64,000 nucleotides of DNA from Octopus sinensis (GCF_006345805.1 NC_043011.1:56556464-56620463); one strand, 5' to 3'. Counted from the first letter of the stretch, positions 49,331 to 62,092 are shown. Made by a program: numbers and translations. The notes: generated by a model not told the origin, from the letters alone.

Positions 49331-49459
49331 TTCCAGCTTGTGGCTCCGTTGGGTTTCATAAGCACGAAATCCTTCCAAGAAACGTTAGAAGACTTGGTGT
49401 CAACTTCTCATGGTATTTCAGCCTTACCTGAACTTTGGACGCAGCCAAACTTTGCTCGA
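49331..49459 (+). CDS. SPEF2: SPEF2 internal exon I (phase 0 to 0)
   Basis: cttccag|TTC CAG...GCT CGA|gtaaga; FQLVAPLGFISTKSFQETLEDLVSTSHGISALPELWTQPNFAR; resembles vertebrate F...AP.G.I..K.F...L.DLV. Confidence 0.9.
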
Positions 49460-50427
49460 GTAAGATGTCTTAAAACTTTTACGCTTTTGATCTTTATCTT
49501 CTTTTCCTTGTTTCAGTCATTGAAATGTGGTCATGCTGGGGCACCACCTTGAAGAAGTTTTAGTCAAAGAAAGCAATTCCACTATGTTTTTTTTAAAGTC
49601 TGATACCTTTTGCCAAACTGCTGAGTCACTGGTACTTAAAAAAGCCAGCATCAATTGTCAAGTGAGGGCAAACACATACACGCACACACACATACACGCA
49701 CACACACACATATACAAGCACGTGCGCACACACACACGCATACACAGTCTATGGTTATAGCAGAAGATATTTGGCCAAGGTGCCTTCCAGTAAGACTGAA
49801 CCGGAAACTCTGTGGTTTATAGTTTCTCGTGAGTTAACCAATTCTGGCAAAGAGACAAAAGAATAGCTTTCTTTTTAATTTCTTTCCATTAATTTTCCCA
49901 TCGTTGCCAGAACGGGTCAGCATTGAATTTCGTGAATCACAAACATATCTGTATTGGTGTTTGCTGTGGTGTTTTGGAATTTCCAGTCTAAGACGAGTTT
50001 CTGAAGAGATGCAATATACTCATCCACTGGCTCCCAACTCAATCATTCACGAGTGATCAGCTGGGGGAGGCCACGCTACAATTACATTAGTAAACTGAAT
50101 GAAAGGAGTCTTTTTAAACGTTAAAAAAAAACCCCATTAAATTGCCATTGTAATTTGTTCAGAAATAATTTCAAAATTTTGAAGAAAAACTGAGTTTTCT
50201 TGGAGCCTGAGAATAAAATCATTAGTTCTGTTGAATGTATCTTTAGGTTCTATTTTTGAATCTGATGAATCTGTTGACTCGGTTAGCAAACCAATAATTT
50301 TGGAGTGACTTTCTATTACAAAAGCAATGGCACTGAAAGGACCCGACCACCTATGCTCCAAAAGACATGGCAATTTCAATCCTTTGCAGAAATTTGTTAT
50401 CCTTGGCCGTTTAATAAAATTATGGGC

Positions 50428-50756
50428 TATCTGGCCTCCGTTGCCAGTGGCACGTAAAAGACACCATTCGAGCATGATCGTTACCAGCATCGCCTTACTG
50501 GCCCCTGTGCCGGTGACATGTGTAACAGATTCGAGCGAGGTCGTTACCAGTACCGCCTGACTGGCCCCGTGCCAGTGGCACGTAAAAGCACCCACTACAC
50601 TCTCGGAGTGGTTGGCGTTAGGAAGGGCATCCAGCTGTAGAAACTCTGCCAGATTAAGATTGGAGCCTGGTGCAGCCATCTGGTTTGCCAGCCTTCAGTC
50701 ATTCGTCCAACCCATGCTAGCATGGAAAGCGGACGTTAAACAATGACGATGATGAT
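50428..50756 (+). mobile_element. RTE 3'-tail repeat, well-preserved copy
   Basis: CpG-rich, tandem gtggcacgtaaaag units, ends gacgttaaacaatgacgatgatga. Confidence 0.88.
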
Positions 50757-51125
50757 AAAGGAAGAATTTTGAAAAGTACATAAAGTGTCTGTAGCTGCCA
50801 GGATCACATCAACCGTTTTCCATATCACTGATTACAATTTTAGTGAATGAAATGGAATCCTCCAAGATAGAAGTTCATTTACATCAAACTTTAATCTAAA
50901 GTTGAAATCAGACTTCAATTTACTAAAAGTTCACTGACCTCTATCAACAGATTGAAAAGATGTTAGCTTATAAGAGTCGCCATAACAGTTGCTGTAGTAG
51001 GCTGTAATTGTTGCAGCTTTTAAAGATTCAACCATTTCTATTGTTGCAATAACAATAACATTTACATAAATTATCATAATGTTAAGGGAGATGAATACTA
51101 GCCACCAGTTCAGGTGACTAACTTA

Positions 51126-51524
51126 TCTTTATATATAAAAGTGAGGTTGTGTGCTGTCTGTCTCCTACGATTTAGATTCCTAACTACTCCCACATTTTGC
51201 AGTGCAGTTTAACCAAAACTGGGTATCTTATAGTCGTGATTCATATCGAGCCCTTCTGGGTATTAGCGTGCGTCTACAATGAGTCAACGATTTAAAAAAA
51301 AATTTACCATAATTTTTTCCCATTTTTTAATGCATTTTTTTGCTATTATATAAGGGAAGTAACTCTCTAAAAATGTATTATTAAATCTCAGAACGTAAAA
51401 AGCTACAGTAACACCCGCCTTTGTGGTTAGCCATATTGAGATGGCTATTATACTTTACATCTCTAAAAATGCTTATATAGTTATTTCCCTTACAAACCCA
51501 AGCAACGCTGGGCGATACTGCTAG
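51126..51524 (+). mobile_element. Non-autonomous Helitron (399 bp)
   Basis: Starts TCTTTATATATAAAAG after A; 3' hairpin cccaagc-aac-gctggg; ends CTAG followed by T; no TSD. Confidence 0.9.
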
Positions 51525-51989
51525 TTCTTAATATTTTAGGTTTTGTACCCATATTAAACTTACAAATATGAGGGGAGTCCTTGATTCCTTGCCACCATTT
51601 TGGTTTTTGTCAGGAATCCTTGACCCTAAATATTTTATTCTTTACTTGGTTTATGAGTTATAAATTGTGATTGAAATAAATGAATTGAAACTGAATTTAA
51701 TAAGCGGATTCCAGGAGGGAGTACAGCACAACAAGGTATGTACATTGGTGTTAACTGAATAAATATTTCTCGTTAACTCATTGAGTTAATGACACTCATT
51801 TATTCATTAGCCATTACCAATATCTGTTGCGAAATTATTGCTAAACACTAATGTTATAATAATAATAATAATAATAGTAATAGTAATAGTAATAGTAATA
51901 ATAATAATAATAACAACAGTAATAATGATGGTGATAATACTTTGAAATGATTAATGTGTTAATTTCTATTGATTAATGTTTCATTTCAG

Positions 51990-52184
51990 GTTCAACAGAA
52001 TATTCAGATTTTGGCAAAAAAGATTTCTTCAAACACAGATTTTATTGATTGGCGCCGTTTTATATTGTGGGCTTCGTATCCATTCCCGTTGCTTTCCATT
52101 AAAAATTTAGTGGATCTTTATGTTTCATATTACCAACTAGACGTAAACAAAACTGGTTTCATTGACTATGAAATGTTCAACTCT
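51990..52184 (+). CDS. SPEF2: SPEF2 internal exon J, EF-hand-like region (phase 0 to 0)
   Basis: tttcag|GTT CAA...AAC TCT|gtaagt; contains DFIDWRRFILWASYPFP and DVNKTGFIDYE; alternative in-frame acceptors end at 51998 and 52007. Confidence 0.92.
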
Positions 52185-52987
52185 GTAAGTAATATGTTCC
52201 AAATTATATTTATACCAATTAAAGGAACACTAATTAGCAATGATTAAAATGTAGCCATGTACATTTATATTTAATATGTTCCTGTACACTAAAACGCTGA
52301 ACGACCTTCAGCTGCAGTGAACCATTTTGGAAGAGAAATTCTCTTTATCAACAATGAAATGTTCTGTGTGTCTTCACACACATTTTCTATAAAGAGAAAT
52401 TCTCTTTCAAGACATTTTCCCCTTTTAAGATCTTTCCCTATTTAAGGGTATTAAATGAATGTATTAAATATAAATGCACACACCTTTATTCCTTTAACCC
52501 ATTATTCTTTTAACCCTTTAGCATTCACATTGTTTTGTCCAATGTGATGCTTTTCTATTCACACTATTTGGAATTAATCCTGCATTAACTCTCGTAGCTT
52601 TGAGATTTCAATGATGTTATTGTTTATTTCTAAAATGACATTGTCAAGTTGGTGTGAGTGACCTGATCTGGCCAGTTTGTACATAAAACAGCTAAAATAT
52701 TTCACTGGTGTAAATGCTAAAGAGTCAAGCTCTTTATTTTTCACACTCAGTAGGTCCTTCTTAAAAATTTCTGCTTCGACAAACAAGACCGTCCCTCAAA
52801 TAGAAAATCCTTCACTCTTCAGCTCAGGCATGTCTGTCTGTCTTACTAAAAAGTTTGCTTTGAAACCATAGGGTCTTAAGTTCAATCTCTGTGTGAAGTA
52901 CTTTTGGAAAAGGGCCTCCTGCCATAGTATTATATTGAACAATACTTTGTGAATGGAATTGGTTAATGGAAACTGTGCAGAAGCACC

Positions 52988-53200
52988 GAGCTGGTAGAAT
53001 CGTTGGCACGCTAGGCGAAATGCTTAGCGGTATTTTGTCTGCCGCTACGTTCTGAGTTCAAATTCCGCTGAGGTCGACTTTGCCTTTCATCCTTTCGGGC
53101 TCGATTAAATTAAGTACCAGTTATGTGCTGGGGTCGATATAATCGACTTAATCCGTTTGTCCTCTCTGTGTTTAGCCCCTTGCGGGTAGTAAAGAAATAA
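52988..53200 (+). mobile_element. tRNA-derived SINE, family A
   Basis: Matches 30000-30233 in the opposite orientation; abuts the 53209-53585 palindrome. Confidence 0.9.
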
Positions 53201-53208
53201 AAGGAAAC

Positions 53209-53585
53209 GACTTTCACTGCCATACAAGCAGTGTAGTTCATTTCCAATCTTTTATGGCCAAGGGGGAAATTCTACCTGCTTTGAAAACAGGTGAGGGTTG
53301 CTGGCAGGAAGAGCATCCAACTGAGAAAATTCTGCCTCAGTAAACTACATCTATGCCATGCAAACATGGAAAACTGGATGTTAAAATGATGATGATAATG
53401 ATCATCATATTAATATCCAGTTTTCCATGTTTGCATGGCATAGATGTAGTTTACTGAGGCAGAATTTTCTCAGTTGGATGCTCTTCCTGCCAGCAACCCT
53501 CACCTGTTTTCAAAGCAGGTAGAATTTCCCCCTTGGCCATAAAAGATTGGAAATGAACTACACTGCTTGTATGGCAGTGAAAGTC
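53209..53585. repeat. Perfect 171-bp inverted duplication of a repeat 3' end, centred on (ATG)n/(CAT)n
   Basis: 53209-53379 is the exact reverse complement of 53415-53585. Confidence 0.95.
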
Positions 53586-53788
53586 ATTTACAACTATCAT
53601 GCAATGTCAAGACAAGGACACACATGTGTGGTTCTGAAGCAAACTTCTCATCTTCCCAATTATGTCTGCCCCTTTTGTATTTCTAAAACCTAATTTTTTT
53701 TTTTCTTCTCTATGATGAAAACCAAGTTTTCTGCTTGGGAATTCCTTCCTTCAGAAGTTTAAACCCAATTCCTTGTCTCTTTCAACAG

Positions 53789-53929
53789 GTTCCTCTCTGG
53801 CCTGAGGAAGATATCAAGAAGCATAATGAAAGCTACAATTTTGACAGATCCTCGAAACTGAAAGAAATTTTCTTTGACCTTTTCACAGAATTTAATACAC
53901 AACCTCCCTCACTGAATTATGAGAAAATG
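53789..53929 (+). CDS. SPEF2: SPEF2 internal exon K (phase 0 to 0)
   Basis: caacag|GTT CCT...AAA ATG|gtgcga; VPLWPEEDIKKHNESYNFDRSSKLKEIFFDLFTEFNTQPPSLNYEKM. Confidence 0.9.
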
Positions 53930-54715
53930 GTGCGAAAAACTGTCTTTTCAATTTTTGTTACATTTTTGTTTTCCTTTGAATACATTTCTGTCAGGTGATG
54001 ACAGAGAATCGTCATTGGCATTGCTTTCATCATTGTCGTCGTCGTCATTGTCATCATTATTATCATCACCACCAGTGCCATCACCATCATTTCTGTGTTC
54101 TCCTTTCATGCTGCATGTGATGGGTCAGTCAGTTTGTTATGGACTGAGCCAGCTCTTACTCAATGTTTCTGACCATCCAAAGAGGTCAAGGTTGAAGACC
54201 ACATCTCTCACTCATGGAATCTATTTTTGGCATGTTTCCTGCAACAGGATACTCATTCTAATGCCAACAACTTTACAAATTGTTCTAGGCATGTTTCATT
54301 GTGGCACACATACCAGAGAGGTTACCTTGTTCCCAGCAAGTCTATATAAAGGAGCTCTAGGCCTTAAGATATAAAGTCTGTATCTGTTCACCAATTGTTT
54401 GACAGAGTATAGAATTGAAACATGCCTCAGTTAATTCCATTTCCATGTCTTTTTAAGTCAACTGTGTGGGGACCGGCATTTCAACGAATAGACCCAGCAG
54501 TTCCTTTGCATGCTGTAAAAGGTGACTAAAAGAGGTTGAGGTAGGATTTGCACTTGTAAAACCTTGTAAAACCCTCAATAGCAATGACTACACAGACATA
54601 GCCATGGGTTAGAGGGTTGTCGTCAAAGTGGTGCAAAGGCATCATCCACCAGGTGTAACAGGTAATCGCCAATACATGTTGGATGCAGCAACACACTGTT
54701 ATAGCACATGCTTTC

Positions 54716-54885
54716 ACACTACTACTACTACTACCTCTACTACTGCCACCACCACCACCACCACTGCTGCTACTACTACTACTACTACCACTACTACTAC
54801 TACCACCACTACTACTACTACCACCACAACCACCACCACAACCACCACCACTACTACTACTACCACCACTACTACTACTACTACT
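54716..54885 (+). repeat. Compound trinucleotide repeat (ACT/ACC/ACA)n
   Basis: Read directly; source of the poly-T, poly-H/Y and poly-V pseudo-ORFs. Confidence 0.95.
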
Positions 54886-55409
54886 TCAAACTTAAGTTCA
54901 CAACCAAAAAAGCAGGTCGACTTCAACACGAGGGTGACTTTGGAGAACCAAAAATTCCAAGTGAAACACAGCAGGATTTGGAAAGATAGTGACCATGTTT
55001 GAATGTTTTCCACTGTGCTGGCTTGTTTACTGGAAACCACGGTAACTGTATTGATCAGATATCACCAACAACATTGGTTCTGATATCATTGATCTCATTG
55101 ATTTTCTGTCATTGATCTTTTTGCTCTGATTGACCATGTTAGTCTATCACTGACCACATTGGTCTGATATCATTGATCATGTGGATTTGATGTCATTAAC
55201 CCTCACCCATAAACTTAATCCATTTAATACATTTAGAAAAGTCTTCAATTACAAACACCAGAGCCAATATCCCTGACAAAATTTTATTGTCTTTTAATCT
55301 TTTGATTCCTTGTCCTATAAGAATGGTAATATTTGTCTGTATTCAACACCATTACTTAACTTTGGCAGGATTTGATCTCATAATCTAAATGCTGTTATCA
55401 AAGTGAAAT

Positions 55410-55855
55410 TCGATGACGGGCACGAACACCATACAAGGGTGATCGTTGCCAGAGCGGCTAATTGGCTTCCGTGCCAGTGGCACATAAAAGGCACTATTCG
55501 AGTGTGATCGTTACCAGCTTTGCCTTACTGGTACTTGTGCCCCGTGCTTGTAGGGTGCTAAGAGCACCATCTGAGCGTGATCGTTGCCAGAGCGGCTAAC
55601 TGGCTTCCTGGCCGGTGGCATGTAAGAGGCACCATTCGAGCGTGATCGTTACCAGCATTGTCTTACTGGCACCTGTGCTATTGGCATGTGTAAAAAATAA
55701 AAATTCGAGTGAGGTCATTGCTAGTACCACCTGACTGGCACCCGTGCCGGTGGCACGTAAAAGCACCCACTACACTCTCAGAGTGGTTGGCATTAGGAAG
55801 GGCATCCAGTTGTAGAAACACTGTCAGATCAGACTGGAGCCTGGTGCAGCCATCT
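55410..55855 (+). mobile_element. RTE 3'-tail repeat with several internal tandem units
   Basis: Repeated cgagcgtgatcgtt...gtggcac(g/a)taaaaggcacc units, then the common tail. Confidence 0.85.
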
Positions 55856-57285
55856 GAACAGTTTTATTGATCTGAATGATTCTTTGTTGGATGGCTTTTC
55901 TAACGATCCATTCCTCCTGCAATGAAAACCATTTGTAAAGGTATCTTTTACTTGTTTCAGTCCATGGTTTGAGGCCATGCTGGGGCACCACCTTGAAGGG
56001 TTTAGTCAGACAAACCAACCCCAGCACATATTTCCTGTTTTTCAGTTTTCTACTAATTCTATTGGTCACTTGCTGAACCACTTGTCAAATGTCGATGGGG
56101 GTACAAACACAAACACATATATACACATCATCATCATCATCAAATGATGATGATGCGTATGTATTTGTGCCTTTGTGTTTTGTATATATATTCTTTTATT
56201 TGCTTCAGTTATTTGACTGTGGCCATGCTGGAGCACTGCCTTTACTTGAACAAATCAACCCCAGGACTTATTCTTTGTAAGCCTAGTATTTATTTTATTG
56301 GTCTCTTTTGCCGAGCTGCTGTGTTACGGGGATGTAAACACACCAACATCGGTTGTCAAGTAATGGTGGGCAGGACAGACACAGACACACAAATACATAC
56401 ATATACATATATATATAATTTAAACATTACTTTATATAATTAGGGTTCATCGAAAAAATTGCTTTACCACACACCGAACTTTTAGAAATAGCAGCCAAAG
56501 AATTTAGCTATTTCCTCTACTATAAGAAGAGTATATATATATATATATATATATATATGACAGGCTTCTTTCAGTTTCCATTGAGTCGACCAAATCCACT
56601 TACAAGGCTTTGGTCTACCCGTGGCTACAGTAGAAAACACTTGACCAAGGTGCCATGCAAATATGTATATTATATAAATATATATATATATATAAGTTCA
56701 CCAAAATTTAGATTCAGATGAATATGGTACTTAAGTTAAAGATACCAGAAATTTGTATGGTATTATCCATATAAATCAAATGGAGTGATTATAATCAAAA
56801 TAAGCAACAAGGATATCCAAGGTAGAGTAGTACAATTGTTTCATGCTACTTCATTTTATTAAACACAGTATTTAATAAATTGAAGTAGCATGAAACAATT
56901 GTACTACTCTACCTTGGATATACTTGTTGCTTATTTTGTTTATATATATATATATATACATATACACACACACTCACACACACACACATATATGTATGTG
57001 TGTATATATATGACGTGCTTCCACACAGTTTCTGTCTACCAGATTCCCTTAGAAGGTGTTGGCCAGTCTGGGGCTATGGTAGTGGACACTTGCCCAAGGT
57101 GTTGCCCAATGGAACTGAACCTGAAGACACTTTCTTACAAAGGGAACTCCTTCCCCACACAGTTGTGCTTTCTCCCCCCTCCTCACCATCCTAATCACTT
57201 GAAATAGAATACAAATCAATACATCTCAATTCATATCGATTTCATTGAAAGTAATCTTTAATGTTTTACTGTTTCTCTGTTGAAG

Positions 57286-57416
57286 CTGCTCTATTTCTGC
57301 TCCAAGCCGTCCATGTTTGAGGGCTTCACTCGTGCACTCAGCCTCTCTTGTATTGCAAACTCAATCAGAGACAAAGGCCTCTCCGCCATCTCTGCTTCAC
57401 AATTCCCAATTGAAGT
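57286..57416 (+). CDS. SPEF2: SPEF2 internal exon L (phase 0 to 2)
   Basis: ttgaag|CTG CTC...GAA GT|gtaagt; LLYFCSKPSMFEGFTRALSLSC... resembles vertebrate LLYFA.HP...EG.YRALS. Confidence 0.9.
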
Positions 57417-57651
57417 GTAAGTACTTTTCTGTCTCACAACACTTTATTCACATCTTCCATGCTTTCCATTTCTCTTTGTTTTGTTGTTTCTTTTTCTTTG
57501 TTGCTGAATTTTTTTTTGCTAATCTTGTCTTTTGTTTTTGTGTTTTTGTTTCTTTTCCTTTGTCTTTAATCTATTTGGGCCAACACATTTTCTAATTATA
57601 TTCATGGCTTTTTCTTCTCTCCCTCCTTCCTTCATGCTCTCTCTCTCTCTT

Positions 57652-57698
<47 letters not shown>

Positions 57699-57840
57699 CT
57701 TCCTTCTTATACAAGAAGTGACTTTGAAGTTTCAGCCAGTTAAACCTTCATTGGTCTGCCAATGATGGCTTAACTGGCCGAAAACTTCAAATTTATTACA
57801 ACTGAACATATAAACAAACATTAACACACACACACACACA

Positions 57841-58785
57841 GGTAGATGGCCCTGATAGATGTCCTTGCTCAATCCGTAGGAAAGTCATAGGACACGAGAT
57901 GCAACAATATCAGAGGAAGGTTAACAAAAAAACGAGCTTCTGTGTGTCAAAGGTGCACAGGTACGATTAAAAGTGTACAGAAAATAGACTCCATCAAATG
58001 CCAGGGGTGGAGGGAACTAGAAGTAGTTGATAGCTTCTGTCACCTGGGGTGACCAAGTCAATAGCAGGGGGTGGATGCTCAGAGAGCGTAGCTGCTAGAA
58101 TAAGAATAGGCTGGGCAAAGGTCAGAGAGCTCCTACCTCTGTAGGAGGTAACAAAGGGTTTCTCCCTCTGAGTGAAAGGCAGATTGTATGATGCCTGTGT
58201 CTGAACAGCCATGCTACATGGCAAGGAAACATGGGCTGTGACCGCTGAGGACATGCATAGGCTTGAAAGAAATGAAGCCAGCATACTTCGCTGGATGTGC
58301 AATGTCAGTGTGCATGTACAACAGAGTGTAAGCATCTTGAGAGGAAAATCGGGCATAAGATGTGATGGGCAAAAGAGACGACTGTGCTGGTATGGTCATG
58401 TGATGCATATGGATGAGGACAGCTGTGTGAAGAAGTGCTGATCTCTACCAGTGGAAGAGAGAGACCCAGGAAGACATGGGAAAAAGTGGTGAAGCATGCT
58501 CTTCAAACATTAGGCCTCATGGAGGCAATGACTAATGACTGAGACCTTTGGCAATATACTGTGCTTGAGAAGAAGACCCATCAGGCCAGTTGATATCATT
58601 GCTGTGGCCATTGTTGGCTTTTTGCACCCATGCCAGTGGCTCGTATAATGCACTTTTCGAGCATTGGACCTCACACACGCAATGACAAATGACCAAGATC
58701 TTTGGAAATATGCTGTGCTTGAGAAGGAAGGTCCATCAAGCCAAGTGAAACTGTAGTTGTGGCAGATACTGGTGTCGCACACACA
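57841..58785 (+). mobile_element. RTE-clade LINE, 5'-truncated and decayed
   Basis: Collinear with 7150-8170; LHGKETWAVTAEDMHRLERNEASILRWMCNVSV. Confidence 0.9.
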
Positions 58786-61050
58786 CACACACACAGAGTA
58801 ATACAGGTGAAAGGAATGGATAATCTGGATTATTCACGTGTTTCAGTAGCAAAACGGTAATTATTGTTATTTCCACATTGCCTCACACAACTTGGCATGC
58901 AATAACATGGAAGATTCTAGAAGATTGTTCGAAAATGTGTTTACATAACATTTACCACTTCATCAGGTCATACTTCTTTAGGGGTTTATTAGGCAATAAA
59001 TATTATAATGGGATTATAATTACATGAAGTTTTCACGTGAAGAGTAATTAAATATACAATTTGATTTGTTTAGGGTTGATGGGGTCTATATAGAATCAGA
59101 ATGATTAACTTAGCTAAACAGATTCATTATGCTGAAAAGAAAGGACAAAATCAAAATGGGGGGAGGGTACATTAAGCTGGTGACCAATCAAATTCGTTAA
59201 TTATGCAAACTAGACAGATTTATCAGCCTCCCCTGGCTTCCGTGCCAGTGGCACATAAAAGGTACCAACCGATCGTGGCCATTGCCAGCCTCGCCTGGCA
59301 CATAAAAAGCACCCACTACAATCATGGGGTGGTTGGTGTTAGGAAGGGCATCCAACTGTAGAAACACTGCCAGATCAGATTGGCACCTGGTGCAGCCTCC
59401 TGGGTTCCCAGACCCCGGTTGAACTGTCCAACCCATGGAAAACAGACGTTAAACGATGATGATGATGATGTCTGCCAATGAAGATTGGTTTTAATCCAGC
59501 CTCTTTTATTCAAAGTGAATGAAGGAGAGAAGGATATAAGTAAATGATAAAAGATATCAGCTCATATTTTTGTTCCTTGCTGTGGAAATCTTTGTGTTGC
59601 CCTTTTTAGAGTCCTTCTAGGGCCTCTGGTTTTTGCAGGAAGGAGACTTCTTCATGTGCAAAAACAGCCCCTTGGAAACGCTTGACAAGTTGAAGCTTGC
59701 ATCAGCAAATTGGTTAAACAAATTAATGAAGGTTAGTGTTGCAATGATTAGGTCTGAACTTCCAGAAAATAATTATTTATAAAAATAAGTTTTAAATGAA
59801 AACAGAAACAATCGTTCCCTTCCCCCCTCTCTCTTACCTCTCTCTCTCTCTTTCTCCCTCTCTCTCTCTCCTACTCTTCACCCCCTACAACACCCAAACC
59901 ACCCCGAATGTATTGAAGTTTCAGATTATTGTCTTAATTAACTAGTTAACATTTCATTTCTCTGCTAAACCGAGACACGATGGCTTAGAGAAACCTATTC
60001 AGAGAAACCAAAACCAGCTAAAGATTATGCGGGAAATTATTAGAGAGATGATTTAGTTCAGATATCAGTGATTAGTAATTAATGTTTTGTTTTTGTTTTT
60101 TGCCTCTCTCTATAATTAAAAACTTCACATACGTTTTTTTTTTGTTCTTTTTATATCTTCACATTTTAGCTTGGCCTCCTCTTATATATGATGCATCTGA
60201 GACATGGCTGAGGGGCAGTCTTTATCATTAGCCATTAAAGAAATAGAAAAAAAGGATTATAAAAGAAACCGTGGGTGGTTGCAGTGATGTTAATGTTAGC
60301 ACGATAATGGTTGGGAATGACATAGCACCCTCAGCGAATGTTCATGATGTTTGGTGCCATTCTTTTCTACTCTAGGCACAAGGCCCAAAACTTTTGTGGG
60401 AGGGGGCCAGTCGATGAGATCAACCCCAGTACGCAACAGAAACGTTCTGGGAGGTTTCTGAAGACAGAAATTCAAATGTCCCATCGGGAAACATTTGTGG
60501 TTGATTAAATGAAGTGATGTGGTCAATTGGTTGAGGTGTTTGGCTGATGATCCCAAGATCATAGATCTAATCCCTATGTCAGGCATCATGTTGTCTCCTT
60601 CATTTCATGTTGCACCATCTACTCTGTTGAGAGGGAATCCCAACCTAGCACCCGAGCAGCTGTCAGGTCCTCAAATAATCTCCTGAATCAAGGGGTCAGA
60701 GGGGTGAGAAAGGGCCTCTGCCTGCTTCTGAATACAGAGGCACTTAAAAACCAATTAACAAATCCATGCCACATGCTACCAGATCATCATATTCATCGAT
60801 GAGTAACAGCTAGATTTTTTTTTGTTTGTGGTTTTTTTTTTTTTACTGTAGATGGTTTAAAGTAATTATTCAGTTGGCTGTGATTAAGGCTTAAAGTATG
60901 TTTTCCCAAAACTTATGACCTTAAGAATTTTATTAAGGGAAACTTAAGCTGCTGCCATGATAGAACAGAATCCCCAGTGTATGTGTATGCACTACTACTA
61001 CTACTACTACTACTGCTACTGCTGCTGCTACTGTTGCTGCTGCTGCTTGT

Positions 61051-61418
61051 TTGTTGAGCGCAGCAGTCTTCGTCCCAGAGTGGGAGAAGTCCAAAACGTG
61101 GTCCTTTTGTTATTCTTAAGACCCGCAGAAGAGAAAGCAGGTCAACCTCCCGACACCGAGAGCATCGATGGATGGATGAATGTGCATCCAGGCTCAGCAG
61201 TTGCGTAGGAAGTCGGGGACAGGAAGAAACAGGAAGTAAGAGTGAGAGAAAGTTGGGGCGAAAGAGGACAACAGGGGTCGCCACCACCCCCTGCTGGAGC
61301 CTTGTGGAGCTTAAGGTGTTTTCGCTCAATAAACACACACAACGCCCGGTCTGGGAATCGAAACCGCGATCCTCCGACCACAAGTCCGCTGCCCTAACCA
61401 TTGGGCCATTGCATCTCC
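61051..61418 (-). mobile_element. tRNA-derived SINE, family B, tail type 3
   Basis: Reverse complement of 43600-43988; embedded in (CTA/CTG)n. Confidence 0.9.
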
Positions 61419-61819
61419 TGCTGCTACTACTACTACTATTGCTGCTGCTGCTACTGATCCAAACACCCCAATTTGTGACACTATGAGGTTACAAAGCTTC
61501 ATATGCAAATGTAGCATCATCATCATCATCATCATTTTGAAATGTCCATTTTTTTCATGTTTGTCTGGTTCAGATGGAATTTGTTGAGAAAGATTTTCTT
61601 TGGCCGGATACCCTTCCTGCCACCAACCTTCATTTGTTGCCAAGCAGGGTTAATTCTGCACCACGGAAGACAGGAAACAAACTACATTTCTTCTATGCTC
61701 ATTTACAAACATCATGTGATGTCAAGACAAGGGCACACACACACACACACACACACACTTCTACATATTCAATGAATTTCTTTCAGTTTCTGTTTCCCTA
61801 ATCCATTCATCTATTTATC

Positions 61820-61877
<58 letters not shown>

Positions 61878-61880
<3 letters not shown>

Positions 61881-62092
61881 ACCTCGTGAGCACCACCAGC
61901 AATTTTTTTTCCTCTGTCTTCCCTTCTCGGGATCTTTCCTTCTCCTTTGTTTCCAATGAAGAGCTCCGCTCGAAACGTTAAACCCTCCTTCTTCCCTTCT
62001 TTCCTGAGCGTCCAATAATACTTTATTTGTTCCACGTCCTCGCGTTGCTGTGTTTTTTTGTGTTTTCTTGTTTGGATTAACTTTATATATAT
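61878..62092 (+). mobile_element. Penelope-like pseudo-LTR fragment between (TA)n tracts with minimal hammerhead-like motif
   Basis: gttt-ccaatga-a-gagc-tcc-gctc-gaaacgtt-aaac at 61949-61983. Confidence 0.55.

Noticed and set aside
50137-50679. 180-aa minus-strand ORF
   Set aside because: Mostly a translation of the RTE 3'-tail repeat running into AT-rich intron; no recognisable domain
54628-55040. Poly-Thr mucin-like ORF and overlapping poly-H/Y, poly-L and poly-V ORFs
   Set aside because: All arise from one trinucleotide repeat; no splice signals fit the gene
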